Source: Pseudomonadota bacterium (lineage in GTDB: Bacteria > Pseudomonadota > Alphaproteobacteria > Rickettsiales > UBA3002). From it: DNA of 56,094 nucleotides. Below are positions 1-10,228 of this stretch, one piece after another (position 1 is the first letter of the stretch; every line of letters begins with the position of its first letter). Made by a program: the position numbers and the translations under genes. The notes beneath the pieces were generated by a model. The model searched no databases. It saw only the letters and a list, made by a program, of their open reading frames with translations, and was not told the DNA's origin. The stretch spans positions 1 through 56,094 of the forward strand of contig CAUJIC010000071.1 of NCBI GenBank assembly GCA_963205305.1. Reading direction: 5' to 3'.

Positions 1-1050
1 GATGCGCTGGGCAAGGAGATGCTACGCTTCAATGACCGTGCGGAGCGCGAGCTGTTGTTTTCGCCCACCAACGAGGAAATGATTTGCGACATTTTCCGTA
101 GTTACGTGAAAAGCTACAAGCAACTGCCGGTGAATCTCTACCAAATCCAATGGAAATTCCGCGATGAAGTGCGCCCGCGTTTTGGTGTTATGCGCGGCCG
201 CGAATTCCTGATGAAGGATGCGTATTCCTTCCATGTGGATGTGGAAGATGCCAAACGCGAATACGCAAAAATGTATGATGCGTACGACCGCATCTTCACC
301 CGCATGGGTCTCACCACCGTGGCCGTGGCGGCGGATACGGGGGCGATTGGTGGCGATCTTAGCCACGAGTTCCATGTGGTGGCGGAAACGGGCGAAAGCG
401 CCATTTATTACGATGCCGCGCTCGATGATGTGCGTAACGGCAAAGTGAAAATGAGTGGCGAAGAAAAGCGCAAGCTGTATGCCGCGGCGGATGAATTCCA
501 CAAGCCAGAAACAGGCCCCAGTCCCGCTGAGCGCCTCCGCACCGCACGCGGCATCGAGGTTGGCCAAGTGTTCTTCCTCGGCAATAAATACACCACTGCT
601 ATGGGCGTTTCCGTTAGCGGGCCAAGTGGCGAAATCACGCCCGAAATGGGCTGCTACGGCATCGGTGTCTCGCGCCTCATCGGCGCCATCATCGAAGCGA
701 GTCATGATGATGCAGGCATCATCTGGCCAGAATCGGTGAGCCCGTTCGATGCGGCCATCATCAACCTGCGCGCAGGCGATGCGGCGTGCGATGGCTTGTG
801 CGAAAGTCTCTATAATGCGCTGAATACAGCAGGGCTCAGCCCGCTTTACGACGACACCGATAAACGCGGTGGCGAAAAATTCGCGGCGATGGATTTGATT
901 GGCCTGCCATGGCAACTCACCGTGGGGCCCAAGGGCGCGGCGGCTGGCACCATCGAGGTGAAATATCGCCGTACGGGTGAAAAGTCCGAGCTATCGCTCG
1001 ATGCCGCAGTGAAATTGGTGACCGAAAATTACAAGGCGAAGGTGGCTTAG
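1..1050 (+). CDS. proS: Proline--tRNA ligase, C-terminal ~350 aa (5' end lies upstream of the window)
   Basis: Frame is open from nt 1. Translation ...FSPTNEEMICDIFRSYVKSYKQLPVNLYQIQWKFRDEVRPRFGVMRGREFLMKDAYSFH... is the ProRS class II core. Stop TAG at 1048-1050. Confidence 0.9.
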   Translation, partial: DALGKEMLRFNDRAERELLFSPTNEEMICDIFRSYVKSYKQLPVNLYQIQWKFRDEVRPRFGVMRGREFLMKDAYSFHVDVEDAKREYAKMYDAYDRIFTRMGLTTVAVAADTGAIGGDLSHEFHVVAETGESAIYYDAALDDVRNGKVKMSGEEKRKLYAAADEFHKPETGPSPAERLRTARGIEVGQVFFLGNKYTTAMGVSVSGPSGEITPEMGCYGIGVSRLIGAIIEASHDDAGIIWPESVSPFDAAIINLRAGDAACDGLCESLYNALNTAGLSPLYDDTDKRGGEKFAAMDLIGLPWQLTVGPKGAAAGTIEVKYRRTGEKSELSLDAAVKLVTENYKAKVA

Positions 1051-2357
1051 TGGCATTGCTCTCCCCAGTCGAACGCATGTTGGCCGCTCGCTATTTGCGG
1101 GCGCGGCGGGGGTTTATTTCCATCACCACATGGTTCGCCATCATCGGCATTGCGCTGGGCGTGGCCACACTCATCCTCGTCACCTCGCTCATGAACGGCA
1201 TCCGCGCGGAAATGACCTCGCGCTTCATTGGGCTAGATGGGCACATCACCATCTACAGCAACGCCCGCGCCTTCAGCGATTATCAGCCCGCGATGAATGT
1301 CATCGGCGCGATGCCCGAGGTGGCGAGCGTGACACCCAAAGTGACAGGGCAGGTGATGGTGACCGCGAACGGCGTGTCCCTTGGCGCGCAGGCCATTGCC
1401 CAGCCATGGGAATCACTCACTAAGCGCGCACTCATCACCAGCAACATCACCGCTGGCAACCTCGATGAAATCCGCGATGAAACGGGTGTGGTGCTGGGTG
1501 AAAGCCTTGCCGAAAATTTGCGGGTGGAGGTGGGTGATTCCGTGAACCTCATCTCGCCGCAAGGGCGTGCCACCATTGCTGGCTTCATCCCGCGCATGAA
1601 GGCCTATCCTGTGGCTGGCACGGTGAAGCTCGGCATGCACGCGATTGATTCGAGCCTCGTGATTATGCCGTTTGCGGAGGCGCAGAATTACTTCCTTCTG
1701 GTGAAGCAATCACCGGATTGTGCTGAGCCAGCGGAGGATTCGGCGCAGCCAGAAAATTGCGAACAACGCGCCGTGAGTAACCTCGAGGTGATGCTAAAAA
1801 ATGTCGATGACGCCTCGCGCATCGCGACAGATTTACGCCTGAAACTTGGCGCAGGTGCGCGGGTCTATGACTGGCAGCAAAGCAACGCAAGTGTGTTTGG
1901 TGCACTGAAAGTTCAGCGTAACGTGATGGTCATCATCCTCGCGCTCATCATTCTCGTTGCGGCGTTCAACATCATCAGCAGCCTTGTGATGCTGGTGAAG
2001 GAAAAGGGGCGCGACATTGCGGTGTTGCGCACCATGGGCGCCAGCCGCGCGAGTGTGATGCGGATTTTTATGGCCGCAGGCACATGGATTGGTGTGGTGG
2101 GCACGGCGGCGGGTGTGGTGCTGGGGCTGCTGTTGGCGGCATATCTGGAGCAGGTACAAAAGCTGATTGAAAAAATCATCGGGCAAGAAATTTTGGTCGA
2201 GAATATTTATTTTCTCTCGACCTTGCCGACTAAAACCGACCCACGCGAAGTGGTGGTAATCATCGCCCTCGCGCTGCTGCTTTCCTTCCTCGCGACGATA
2301 TACCCAGCGCGCCGCGCTGCGCGCCTCGACCCAGCGGAGGCATTGCGTTATGAGTAA
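1050..2357 (+). CDS. lolC: Lipoprotein-releasing ABC transporter permease, LolC/LolE family
   Basis: 435 aa. N-terminal ...VERMLAARYLRARRGFISITTWFAIIGIALGV..., large periplasmic loop and C-terminal FtsX-type TM bundle. GTG start overlaps the proS stop. Followed by lolD. Confidence 0.85.
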   Translation: MALLSPVERMLAARYLRARRGFISITTWFAIIGIALGVATLILVTSLMNGIRAEMTSRFIGLDGHITIYSNARAFSDYQPAMNVIGAMPEVASVTPKVTGQVMVTANGVSLGAQAIAQPWESLTKRALITSNITAGNLDEIRDETGVVLGESLAENLRVEVGDSVNLISPQGRATIAGFIPRMKAYPVAGTVKLGMHAIDSSLVIMPFAEAQNYFLLVKQSPDCAEPAEDSAQPENCEQRAVSNLEVMLKNVDDASRIATDLRLKLGAGARVYDWQQSNASVFGALKVQRNVMVIILALIILVAAFNIISSLVMLVKEKGRDIAVLRTMGASRASVMRIFMAAGTWIGVVGTAAGVVLGLLLAAYLEQVQKLIEKIIGQEILVENIYFLSTLPTKTDPREVVVIIALALLLSFLATIYPARRAARLDPAEALRYE

Positions 2358-3039
2358 TGTCCTAAACTTAAGCGGTATCACCCGCACCTATCAAAGCGCA
2401 TCGGGCGAATTGCCTGTGCTGCGCGGGGTTGACCTAACACTTGGCAGCGGCGAACTTGTCGCACTCATTGGCCCATCAGGTTCGGGTAAATCCACGTTGC
2501 TCCACATCGCTGGCCTGCTCGACCAGCCACAGGCTGGAACGATAAATATTATGGGTACGGATGCAAGCAACGCGAACGATGCGTCGCGCACGCGGCTGCG
2601 TAACACGCATATCGGCTTTATTTATCAGTTCCACAATTTGCTGCCTGAGTTGACAGCGCTCGAAAATGTGATGATGCCGCTGCTGATTGCGGGCGCAACT
2701 AAGGCGCAAGCCAAGAAACGCGCCGAGGCGCTGTTAGCAAGGCTGGGCTTGGCTGAGCGCGCGACACATCTGCCCGCGCAGTTATCGGGCGGTGAGCAGC
2801 AGCGCGTGGCAATTGCCCGTGCATTGGCCAACAAGCCGCAGTTGATTTTGGCGGATGAACCGACAGGCAATCTTGACCCCACTACCAGTGAATCGGTGTT
2901 ACAATTGTTCCTCGATATTGCGCGCGAGGAGGGGGTTGCCGCACTCATTGCCACCCACAACATGGCACTCGCTAAACGCTTGACGCGCGCGGTGACGGTG
3001 CGTGATGGCAAGCTCGATGCCGTGGTGGTTGCTGCATGA
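2350..3039 (+). CDS. lolD: Lipoprotein-releasing system ATP-binding protein
   Basis: Walker A GPSGSGKST, ABC signature LSGGEQQRVAIARAL, Walker B LILADEPTGNLD. Overlaps lolC by 8 nt. Confidence 0.9.
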   Translation: MSNVLNLSGITRTYQSASGELPVLRGVDLTLGSGELVALIGPSGSGKSTLLHIAGLLDQPQAGTINIMGTDASNANDASRTRLRNTHIGFIYQFHNLLPELTALENVMMPLLIAGATKAQAKKRAEALLARLGLAERATHLPAQLSGGEQQRVAIARALANKPQLILADEPTGNLDPTTSESVLQLFLDIAREEGVAALIATHNMALAKRLTRAVTVRDGKLDAVVVAA

Positions 3040-6000
3040 GTGGCTTCGTTCATTTGCGTAGCCACAGCGCCTATTCGCTGCTGAAGGGCGCAATAAAAAT
3101 TCCGAAACTCATTGGTCTCGCTAAAGCGGAGATGATGCCTGCGCTGGGCTTGGTCGATCATGATAATTTGTTCGGCTCGTTGGAGTTTAGCGAATACGCG
3201 GTGAAGGAAGGCGTGCAGCCCATTTTGGGCATTACGCTGTCGGTAGTTCCCTTCGGGCAGGATAATCACGGCGCGGCGAACCAACGTGCAGTGGCAGACC
3301 AATTGCTGGTCTACGCGAAGGATGAAGCGGGCTATGCCAACTTGCTGCAATTGGCGAGCAAGGCCTACACCGCGCCCGCCCTTGGCCAAGCGCCACTGGT
3401 GGATTATGCGATGGTGGCTGAGCACAGCGCGGGGCTGATTGCGCTCACCGGTGGTATCTATGGGGGTGTGGGTAAAATGCTGCTGGCCAACCGTGCGGGC
3501 GAGGCGGCACGGCTGCTCAATCAGCTTCACGAAATGTTCGGCGATCGGCTTTACATCGAGCTGATGCGCCATAATCTGGCGGATGAAAAACAAATCGAGC
3601 GCGCGCAGATTGATTTGGCGATTGAGAAAAATATTCCGCTCGTCGCGACGAATAATATTTACTTCGACAAAGCGAATATGAACGAGGCGCATGATGCGCT
3701 GATATGCATTGCCGATGGGCGATATGTGACGGAGACCAACCGCCCGCGCATGAATAAGGAGCACCGTTTCAAATCTGCTGAGGAAATGAAACTGCTGTTT
3801 CGCGATATACCCGAGGCGATTGAAAACACCGTAAACATTGCCCAGCGCTGTCATGTGTGGGCGCCGAGCAGAAGCCCCATTCTGCCTGGCTTTGCGATGA
3901 CGGATGACGCGGGCAATGTGCTGAGTGAATCCGACGCGCTGGCTGTGAAAGCGCGCGCGGGGCTGCAAGCGCGCCTCGAAAATTTGGTGTTCACGGAAGG
4001 CATGAGCGAAGCCGAAAAAGAGGCCATCGCCAAGCCTTACCGAGAGCGGCTCGAGTTCGAGCTTGATGTCATCATCACCATGAAATTTCCAGGCTACTTC
4101 CTCATCGTTTCGGACTTTATTTCATGGGCGAAAGCGCAAGGCATTCCCGTGGGTCCAGGGCGCGGTTCGGGCGCGGGTTCCATCGTGGCGTGGGTACTGC
4201 TGATTACCGACCTTGATCCCTTGCGCTATGGCTTGCTGTTCGAGCGTTTCTTGAACCCTGAGCGCGTGTCGATGCCCGATTTCGATATCGATTTCTGCCA
4301 AGATGGCCGCGAGCGGGTGATTGATTACGTGCGCCAAAAATATGGCGAGGCGCAGGTCGCACAAATTATCACCTTCGGGAAATTACAGGCGCGCGCGGTG
4401 CTGCGTGATGTGGGGCGCGTATTGCAAATGCCCTACAGCCAAGTCGATAGAATTTGTAAATTGGTGCCCAACAACCCAGCAGCACCTGTAACGCTGAAGG
4501 AAGCGATCGACCAAGAACCGCTGCTGAAACAAGCACTGGATGAGGACGAAAACGCAGCGCATTTGGCGGAGTTATCGATTAAGCTCGAGGGGCTTTATCG
4601 CCATGCCTCTACCCACGCGGCGGGGCTGGTGATTGGCGATAGGCCGCTGGTCGATTTAGTGCCCATGTATCGCGACCTGAAATCCGATATGCTGGTGGTG
4701 CAATATTCCATGAAATGGGCGGAGGCGGCGGGTTTGGTGAAGTTCGACTTCCTTGGCCTGCGTACGCTTTCGATCCTGCGTCAGGCGGTGGAATTTATCG
4801 AGGCGACAGGTATTTCTATCGACCTGTTGAAACTGCCCGAGGGCGACAAAAAAACCTATGCAATGCTCAGTCGTGGCGACACGCTTGGCGTGTTCCAGTT
4901 TGAATCCGCAGGCATGCGCGAGGCGCTGAAGAACCTGAAGCCCGATAGCATCGAAGACCTCATCGCGCTGGGTGCGCTCTATCGCCCTGGTCCAATGGAT
5001 AACATCCCGACCTATATCGATGTGAAGCATGGCCGTTCGCAGCCCGACTATTTGCACCCGCTGCTGGAGCCCGTGCTGAAGGAAACCTACGGCGTGATTA
5101 TTTACCAAGAGCAGGTGCAGAAAATTGCACAGGTGCTTTCGGGCTACACGCTGGGAGGTGCGGATTTGCTGCGCCGCGCGATGGGTAAGAAAATCAAGGC
5201 CGAGATGGACGCGCAACGCGCGCTGTTCGTGGATGGGGCAACCAAAAACAATGTCAACAAAACGCAGGCGAGCAATATCTTCGACCTTGTGGCGAAGTTC
5301 GCGGGCTACGGTTTCAACAAGTCGCACGCGGCGGCTTATGCCGTCATTGCCTACCAAACGGCCTACCTGAAAGCGAACTACCCTGTCGAATTTTTAGCGG
5401 CGTCGATGACGTACGAAGCAGGCAGCACTGATAAACTAGCGCAGTTTGTGGGCGAGGCGAAGAAGTTCGGCTTCGAGGTGTTGCCGCCCGATATCAATAC
5501 ATCGGAAGTGATGTTCTCGGTCGAAAACCGTGCCGATAAAAAACCTGCGATTCGCTACGCACTCGCGGCCATCAAAAACGTAGGCGCGGGCGCCATGGCG
5601 GGCATAGTGGCCGAGCGTAAGGCGAACGGGAAGTTCAAGGACATCCATGATTTCGCGAACCGCGTGGATGCAAGCGTGATGAACCGCCGCCAGTTGGAAT
5701 TCCTGACGATGGCAGGGGTGTTCGATTCGCTGGAGCCAAACCGCAGGCAAGTGCTCGAATCGCTCGATATGCTGATTGCAAGCGCGCAAAATGCAACGGA
5801 GGAACGCACCAGCAGCCAAGTGAGCCTGTTTGGTGGCGAGGCGACCCAAGCCATGAACCGCCGCGCGCTGAAGCCCGTGGAGGAATGGCCGCTACTCGAA
5901 AAGTTGAATCATGAATGTAGCGCGGTGGGGTTCTATCTTTCCACGCACCCGCTGGAGCCCTATGCGCCCGTGTTTAAAAAACTCGGTATCTCATCATCCA

Positions 6001-6509
6001 CACGGCTTGCGGAGCCATTGCCCGATCGGCAAAAGCTGAAGCTTGCGGGTATTCTCACCAGCAGTAAAATGCGCAGTGGCCCACGTGGGCGGTCGGCGTT
6101 TCTCAATTTATCGGATGCGTATGGGCAATATGAAGTGGCAGTGTTCGACGAGCAATTGCTCAATCAGCACCACGCTCTGCTGAAGAATGGCGCGCCGCTG
6201 CTGCTCAGTATCGATGTGCGCCACAGCGATCGTGGTCAGCGATTGCTGGTGAATCGTATTGAACCGCTGGAGGAGGCTGCACAGGGCGTGCGCCCAACGG
6301 CCATTAGCTTGAAGGTGGATGAGCTCGACGAACTGCCGCGCTTGAAGCAGATGCTGGGCAGCCAAGTAGAGCGCGGGGCAAAGGTGGAATTGCTGGTGAC
6401 TATCCCCACGGGGGTGGTGAAATTGGCACTGGCGGGCGCGTATAACGTTGCCTCGGCCGAGATGATGCAAATGCAGTCGTTACGCGGGGTTACGGCCGAA
6501 GCCGCCTAG
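3036..6509 (+). CDS. dnaE: DNA polymerase III alpha subunit
   Basis: 1157 aa. PHP domain start FVHLRSHSAYSLLKGA, polymerase core ...PDFDIDFCQDGRERVIDYVRQKYG..., ...GLVKFDFLGLRTLS... ATGA overlap with lolD. Confidence 0.95.
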   Translation: MSGFVHLRSHSAYSLLKGAIKIPKLIGLAKAEMMPALGLVDHDNLFGSLEFSEYAVKEGVQPILGITLSVVPFGQDNHGAANQRAVADQLLVYAKDEAGYANLLQLASKAYTAPALGQAPLVDYAMVAEHSAGLIALTGGIYGGVGKMLLANRAGEAARLLNQLHEMFGDRLYIELMRHNLADEKQIERAQIDLAIEKNIPLVATNNIYFDKANMNEAHDALICIADGRYVTETNRPRMNKEHRFKSAEEMKLLFRDIPEAIENTVNIAQRCHVWAPSRSPILPGFAMTDDAGNVLSESDALAVKARAGLQARLENLVFTEGMSEAEKEAIAKPYRERLEFELDVIITMKFPGYFLIVSDFISWAKAQGIPVGPGRGSGAGSIVAWVLLITDLDPLRYGLLFERFLNPERVSMPDFDIDFCQDGRERVIDYVRQKYGEAQVAQIITFGKLQARAVLRDVGRVLQMPYSQVDRICKLVPNNPAAPVTLKEAIDQEPLLKQALDEDENAAHLAELSIKLEGLYRHASTHAAGLVIGDRPLVDLVPMYRDLKSDMLVVQYSMKWAEAAGLVKFDFLGLRTLSILRQAVEFIEATGISIDLLKLPEGDKKTYAMLSRGDTLGVFQFESAGMREALKNLKPDSIEDLIALGALYRPGPMDNIPTYIDVKHGRSQPDYLHPLLEPVLKETYGVIIYQEQVQKIAQVLSGYTLGGADLLRRAMGKKIKAEMDAQRALFVDGATKNNVNKTQASNIFDLVAKFAGYGFNKSHAAAYAVIAYQTAYLKANYPVEFLAASMTYEAGSTDKLAQFVGEAKKFGFEVLPPDINTSEVMFSVENRADKKPAIRYALAAIKNVGAGAMAGIVAERKANGKFKDIHDFANRVDASVMNRRQLEFLTMAGVFDSLEPNRRQVLESLDMLIASAQNATEERTSSQVSLFGGEATQAMNRRALKPVEEWPLLEKLNHECSAVGFYLSTHPLEPYAPVFKKLGISSSTRLAEPLPDRQKLKLAGILTSSKMRSGPRGRSAFLNLSDAYGQYEVAVFDEQLLNQHHALLKNGAPLLLSIDVRHSDRGQRLLVNRIEPLEEAAQGVRPTAISLKVDELDELPRLKQMLGSQVERGAKVELLVTIPTGVVKLALAGAYNVASAEMMQMQSLRGVTAEAA

Positions 6510-6545
6510 AAAATGTGCTGTGTTATCAGTGCAATAATGCCCTGA

Positions 6546-6563
6546 CTGTCACAAAAAATTCAT
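6546..6563 (+). promoter_or_regulatory. Pho-box-like direct repeat CTGTCAC-AAAA-AATTCAT
   Basis: 11/14 heptamer positions match CTGTCAT-N4-CTGTCAY, with an A-only spacer. Lies 96 nt upstream of ATG 6660. See findings. Confidence 0.45.
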
Positions 6564-6656
6564 AAATCTCTGCCACCACTATGCGGTGGCCTATGGTAAA
6601 CTTTCTGAGGTTTTGTTTGGATAAGCCAGCAAAACGCATGGAAAGAATTTAGTACA

Positions 6657-8111
6657 TTGATGCCCGATACAGTTGTCAGATACCGCGCGAAATCGCAGCA
6701 AGGATCGTTAGAGACGGTTGATTTTTCGACCGTTGCGGGCAAGCGCTTTGCGTTTTTCCAGCTGCGCGACCCTGCCAAAATGGAGCAACTGAAACGTGCA
6801 CTGGTTGCGTCGCCCATGTCGCAAACGCTGGTAGTCACCACCTATGTTTCGGGCAAGCCCATGCTAGTTACCGAGGGCGATGCCACGACCGAAATGCTGC
6901 TGGAAAAGTTAGCACTGCGTGGCGAGCCGCTTGAAAAAGTAGTGCCAAGCAAGACCATCGACCCATGGAAAATCCGCAGTATATTTGGGTTTGGCGGACA
7001 GACCTTGCAACTTGCCTCGACCTTCATGCGCGCTAAAACGGCATCGCAGGGTGGTAAAGGTTTTTGGAAGCATATTGATTCCAGTATTTTTGTATTTGCC
7101 GCAGCCAACCTGACCGCAAACGTCATTAATTTGGTGTATCACCAAGGCGAGCAGGTAGAAGATGTTCACCAGCAGCGTTATTTGAAGCAGCGCGTGAACC
7201 GCGAACTTGCGCCGCATTTAAAAGATGGCGAGGCGCCGCTTGATATCGACGATAACCGCCAAGCGCTGCGCCCGCAGGAAGAATCGCACGGGCCGCTCGA
7301 TAAGGCGAAGGGTTTTTTGAAACGCCACTCCGTAGAGGTGGGCGAATTGGGTTTGCGCTATTTGGGTGCGGTGGGGTTGGCATTTCCTGTTACAGGTTGG
7401 AAATCGGCACTTACCAATAAGCAAATGCCAGCGACGCACCCCGCCAAGTTGCGTGTGTATGCAGGGGTGAGCAGTATTTTTGGTAAAACAGTAGCGCTGA
7501 CCTCGGCAATACCAGACCCGTATAACCCTAAGCCACCAACGGTGCTAGATCACCTGCGCGAAAAAGGCAGCTTCCTTGCGGGCGGTCTAATTGAAATTAC
7601 CTCGTTCAGCGCGCTCGCCTATGACTCCTTCGCCCACACCAAGGGTACCAAGAACGGGCTGACGATTGGTGGCAAGCAGCACCGAGATTGGCTAGGTGGC
7701 GTCGGTGCCTCAATGTTTGTGATGGGGTATATTGCGCGGTTATGGGCAAAATTCGGTGAGCGCAATGTCAACATGAACGAGATTTACGCACATGTCAGCG
7801 ATACGTTGGCAGAAACCCCACCCGAAAAGGTGCCGCAATTACTGGCCAACACCGCCGCCAGCCTGACCGAACATTTTCAGGATAAGCCAGGGCTCACATT
7901 TGCTACGATTTACACCAATCTGGCGAATGACCTGACGCAATTTCATACGCGAAGCAAAACGCCAAATGCATTGATTTACAAAGCAAATAACGATAAAAAA
8001 CCAACCGCGTTGCCACCCGTAGCAGCAGCAGAAATGCCCGCCAATCGCGTGGTGGCCGGTACGGCAGAAACCGCACCGCTTGCCCCGCGCCACGCACTAG
8101 CAATGCATTAG
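6657..8111 (+). CDS. Hypothetical protein, ~6 hydrophobic/amphipathic segments (orphan)
   Basis: Longest ORF in the region (484 aa). TTG 6657 is immediately followed by ATG 6660, the more likely start. Hydrophobic stretches include SSIFVFAAANLTANVINLVY and WLGGVGASMFVMGYIARLW. No motif I recognise. Confidence 0.6.
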   Translation: MMPDTVVRYRAKSQQGSLETVDFSTVAGKRFAFFQLRDPAKMEQLKRALVASPMSQTLVVTTYVSGKPMLVTEGDATTEMLLEKLALRGEPLEKVVPSKTIDPWKIRSIFGFGGQTLQLASTFMRAKTASQGGKGFWKHIDSSIFVFAAANLTANVINLVYHQGEQVEDVHQQRYLKQRVNRELAPHLKDGEAPLDIDDNRQALRPQEESHGPLDKAKGFLKRHSVEVGELGLRYLGAVGLAFPVTGWKSALTNKQMPATHPAKLRVYAGVSSIFGKTVALTSAIPDPYNPKPPTVLDHLREKGSFLAGGLIEITSFSALAYDSFAHTKGTKNGLTIGGKQHRDWLGGVGASMFVMGYIARLWAKFGERNVNMNEIYAHVSDTLAETPPEKVPQLLANTAASLTEHFQDKPGLTFATIYTNLANDLTQFHTRSKTPNALIYKANNDKKPTALPPVAAAEMPANRVVAGTAETAPLAPRHALAMH

Positions 8112-8135
8112 AAACCAAAGGTTTTCTTAACTAAT

Positions 8136-8153
8136 CTGTCACAAAAGCTTCAC
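8136..8153 (+). promoter_or_regulatory. Pho-box-like direct repeat CTGTCAC-AAAA-GCTTCAC
   Basis: 11/14 heptamer positions match, with an A-only spacer. Lies 55 nt upstream of TTG 8209. The flanking ~45 nt resemble 6546-6590. Confidence 0.45.
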
Positions 8154-8208
8154 ATTTCTCACCCCCTGAATGTGGTACATTTAAGGTGAGAAAAACCATG
8201 AGGTTAGG

Positions 8209-10158
8209 TTGACGGACAAACTTCTAGAGTCAGAGCCCACCCAATTCGCGCCCGACAGTGCGGAGCAAAGCGCGTCTGTACCACAGGCAGCAAAAGGCCA
8301 GCACACGCCCGATAGTTCCTACCAAAGCTACTTGTTTGGTGGCGCCGGTTCGGACGAACACCCTGCATGGAGCGATAGCGCCAAAGGTCGTGCGGCAATT
8401 CGCCTGATTTCACGTGGGATTGTGGGTGCGGCGTTCTTCACCATCGGTGGGCGGATGGCTACGCAACACCTGAAGGGGTATAATCAGAATGCGCATTGGG
8501 GCGAGACTGGTAACGATGGCAAATGGCTGCAATACATCGCGAAGGGGATTGATTCGACACTTGGTCGCGGCATCCAAAAAACGGTTACCAAGTTTGCGGA
8601 AATTAAATATGGCGCAGGTGAGGTAGCTGATAACATTGGCCGCAATGCGGTGACGTTCCGCGATACGCACCACTATGCGGGTTCTGGGTTCGATAAGGGC
8701 CGTTCCTATGGCGCGGATATTGTGGGGTTCACTTTCGACTTTGCGGCGGCATCGGTGGGTGATGCGCTGACGCGGAACGTGATTCAGGCCCTCGACCCTA
8801 ATGTGAAGAAAAGCTGGAGGGTGAATGATGAGGGCAAGCCAGCCGTGCAGGGTGAGAAGTGGCATTTCCTACCCGGTGAATTCCTGAAATGGAGCGGCAA
8901 TACCGTAGCCCGTATTTTTACGAAGAACCAAGGGGAAGACTGGGCTGCGGCAATTCCTTATGCCTTCCAGATGAAGTTCCAACGCCAAGCGTTGAACAAA
9001 GCATTTGGCGGGCGCTGGAAAGGCCACGAAGTGCAATTCGATGAAGGTTGGAATGGTGGAGCTTTTAGAGTAGAAACAAGCAAAATTTCGCCTCAAAGTC
9101 CGCCTCGTGTTATCAGCGATATGCAGCTTGTCGGCGCGATTGACCTACATTTGCGCTTTACGGGCTATAACTGGTACACGCTGATGTATCGCGAAGGCCA
9201 TGATGCGATTGGCAATGCGTGGAACCAGTGGAAGGATAATGGCTTCAAAGTCGATTTGAAGCTACCAGAGCATTTCAACCCCATCACTGCTACGGTTGAT
9301 GGAGTTGGTCACACGGCGCGCTATGTGACGAAGAGCTTTATTAAGGCCAATATGTTCATGAACCCCGCGGTGATTCCCTTCTGGATGATGCGCGTGCCAC
9401 AGAGCAAACGGCGTGATCGGTTTATTGCGGATGGTGCGCATGTGCCTACCCCCGCCAATTTACAAGATAATTTCCAGCCATTCCATGATGCGACCTATGA
9501 TAATTGGAAACCTAATACGCGCTTTGATCGGTTCGAGAGGGGCTTCAGCCAAACGCTTAATCCGCTTGGTAAATTCTCGAATTGGTTAGGTGGCAAAGCA
9601 GCCAATGCTAGCGATAAGCTTGTTGGTAAAGGCATGTGGCCAAAGAATGAGTGGCTGAACAAAATAGTTGAGCAAGGCGATAGACGCCGCAGCTTTATGC
9701 ATAATTATGTTGATGCGTCGCTTTCCTACACGCCGTACATGTGGGCGAAAGCGGAAACCACGTTGCGAGTGGATGATCGTAAAGCCGATGGTTCGCCTGG
9801 GCAGATGGATCTGGCGATTTATAAATTCATGGATGATGTGGCACGCTTTAAGTTCCATCAGGTTTCAGGTGATCTCAAAAAAATGTGGAAGCTGGGCACC
9901 AACTTCGAGCGTACGGTGAAGGCGCGCGAAGGAGCCGAGCCCGACGCACAAGAGATTGTACAGGCACCCATCACCCCAGCGCGCCCAACAACGCTGGTGC
10001 AAGCAAGCAGCATCGAGCAGACGCAGGGGCAGCAGTTGCGTTCCGCGCCAAGCGCCAATGACAGCGATTATCATGAAGATAAGAAGTGGGCGCAAATGGT
10101 ATCGGGCAGTGACATCAATGCCGCGCGTTTCCACTCCGCGAGCCCTACACGGCATTAG
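8209..10158 (+). CDS. Hypothetical protein, Trp/aromatic-rich (orphan)
   Basis: 649-aa ORF with a TTG start preceded by GAGG at 8200-8203. One N-terminal hydrophobic segment (RGIVGAAFFTIGG) and a low-complexity C-terminal tail. No recognisable family. Confidence 0.6.
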   Translation: MTDKLLESEPTQFAPDSAEQSASVPQAAKGQHTPDSSYQSYLFGGAGSDEHPAWSDSAKGRAAIRLISRGIVGAAFFTIGGRMATQHLKGYNQNAHWGETGNDGKWLQYIAKGIDSTLGRGIQKTVTKFAEIKYGAGEVADNIGRNAVTFRDTHHYAGSGFDKGRSYGADIVGFTFDFAAASVGDALTRNVIQALDPNVKKSWRVNDEGKPAVQGEKWHFLPGEFLKWSGNTVARIFTKNQGEDWAAAIPYAFQMKFQRQALNKAFGGRWKGHEVQFDEGWNGGAFRVETSKISPQSPPRVISDMQLVGAIDLHLRFTGYNWYTLMYREGHDAIGNAWNQWKDNGFKVDLKLPEHFNPITATVDGVGHTARYVTKSFIKANMFMNPAVIPFWMMRVPQSKRRDRFIADGAHVPTPANLQDNFQPFHDATYDNWKPNTRFDRFERGFSQTLNPLGKFSNWLGGKAANASDKLVGKGMWPKNEWLNKIVEQGDRRRSFMHNYVDASLSYTPYMWAKAETTLRVDDRKADGSPGQMDLAIYKFMDDVARFKFHQVSGDLKKMWKLGTNFERTVKAREGAEPDAQEIVQAPITPARPTTLVQASSIEQTQGQQLRSAPSANDSDYHEDKKWAQMVSGSDINAARFHSASPTRH

Positions 10159-10228
10159 GAATGCTTCCTTAGTTGAATTTGCGGGGCCGACTGTGCTAGT
10201 GCTGAGGCATCACAGGGGAGTGTCGCTT

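Noticed and set aside
6546-6563. Reading of TGTCAC-N5-TTCA as a sigma-54 (-24/-12) promoter.
   Set aside because: The invariant GG of the -24 element and GC of the -12 element are both absent (GT and CA instead). The 11-bp-phased direct-repeat (PhoB/OmpR-type) interpretation fits all five sites better.
9956-10228. Long N-terminal extensions offered by the ORF track. Besides this one they are 27946-28047, 35388-35462, 37269-37349, 39572-39628 and 43555-43785.
   Set aside because: The extensions overlap upstream genes or terminators. Internal starts give a signal peptide or the conserved N-terminus, with an RBS or stop/start coupling, so the internal starts were used.
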